From the NCBI GenBank assembly GCA_944329545.1, contig CALVIK010000010.1, forward strand, positions 1 to 30,531: a DNA stretch of 30,531 nucleotides, in the 5' to 3' direction. The notes beneath the pieces are model-generated. The model saw only the letters and a program-made list of their open reading frames with translations. It was not told the DNA's origin and did no database searches. Shown here in pieces: positions 30,396-30,531 of the stretch. Position numbers and translations under genes: made by a program. How positions within the stretch are numbered: the first letter of the stretch is position 1; the number at the start of each line of letters is the position of its first letter. The DNA comes from an uncultured Bacilli bacterium. Lineage in GTDB: Bacteria; Bacillota_I; Bacilli_A; RF39; UBA660.

Positions 30396-30531
30396 CTATG
30401 CTTCCGGAACAAATGGATCTTCCAAAGTTCCCTGCCCAGATAAGGTGAGGCCAGAGCTTAGATATGCGGCCGGCCGAACGCCGCCAGAATCGCTCGCGTT
30501 GCTGCTGTCGAGGAGGTAGCCAGCGGCACGG
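30396..30531 (-). CDS. C-terminus of the DGR target protein (probable C-type lectin-fold variable domain), 5' truncated
   Basis: Manual translation RAAGYLLDSSNASDSGGVRPAAYLSSGLTLSGQGTLEDPFVPEA*; missed by the ORF track. Confidence 0.88.
   Translation of the reverse strand, partial: RAAGYLLDSSNASDSGGVRPAAYLSSGLTLSGQGTLEDPFVPEA
30468..30531 (-). repeat. DGR variable repeat (VR), partial
   Basis: 64 nt aligning with TR 30122-30182: 12 substitutions at TR adenines, one T>C, one 3-nt insertion. Confidence 0.93.

Larger units (their letters stand above)
27909..30531 (-). mobile_element. Diversity-generating retroelement (target/VR - TR - MutS-like - avd - RT); target truncated by window edge
   Basis: DGR-type RT, Avd and a TR/VR pair with adenine-specific mismatches. 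Confidence 0.95.

Noticed and set aside
30259-30519. 86-aa plus-strand ORF in the track
   Set aside because: Antisense shadow of the VR, target C-terminus and hairpins; open because the region is GC-rich. The real frame is on the minus strand.
1-30531. Mycoplasma-type genetic code 4
   Set aside because: Conserved proteins translate full length under code 11 with Trp residues present, and TGA serves as the sortase stop.

Overview
Strongly AT-rich, genetic-code-11 chromosomal segment of a low-GC Firmicute (RF39/Erysipelotrichales-like Bacilli by inference); every real gene is on the minus strand. The core (11258-25143) is the S10-spc-alpha ribosomal superoperon, lacking rpmD. To its left are rplM-rpsI, truA, two degenerate ECF-type ATPases with no EcfT, RNA-modification enzymes, a candidate sRNA, a thioester-domain adhesin with its sortase, and a HelD-like ATPase bracketed by a perfect 36-bp direct repeat. 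The main find is at the right end (27909-30531): a diversity-generating retroelement (DGR) with, in transcription order, a target-gene C-terminus carrying the variable repeat (VR, cut by the window edge), GC-rich hairpins, an AAC-rich template repeat (TR), a structured spacer, a MutS-domain-I-like accessory gene, avd and a YMDD reverse transcriptase. Over the visible TR/VR alignment, 12 of 20 TR adenines are substituted versus 1 of 41 non-adenines, plus one extra codon in the VR. All calls come from manual motif reading; no database searches were run.
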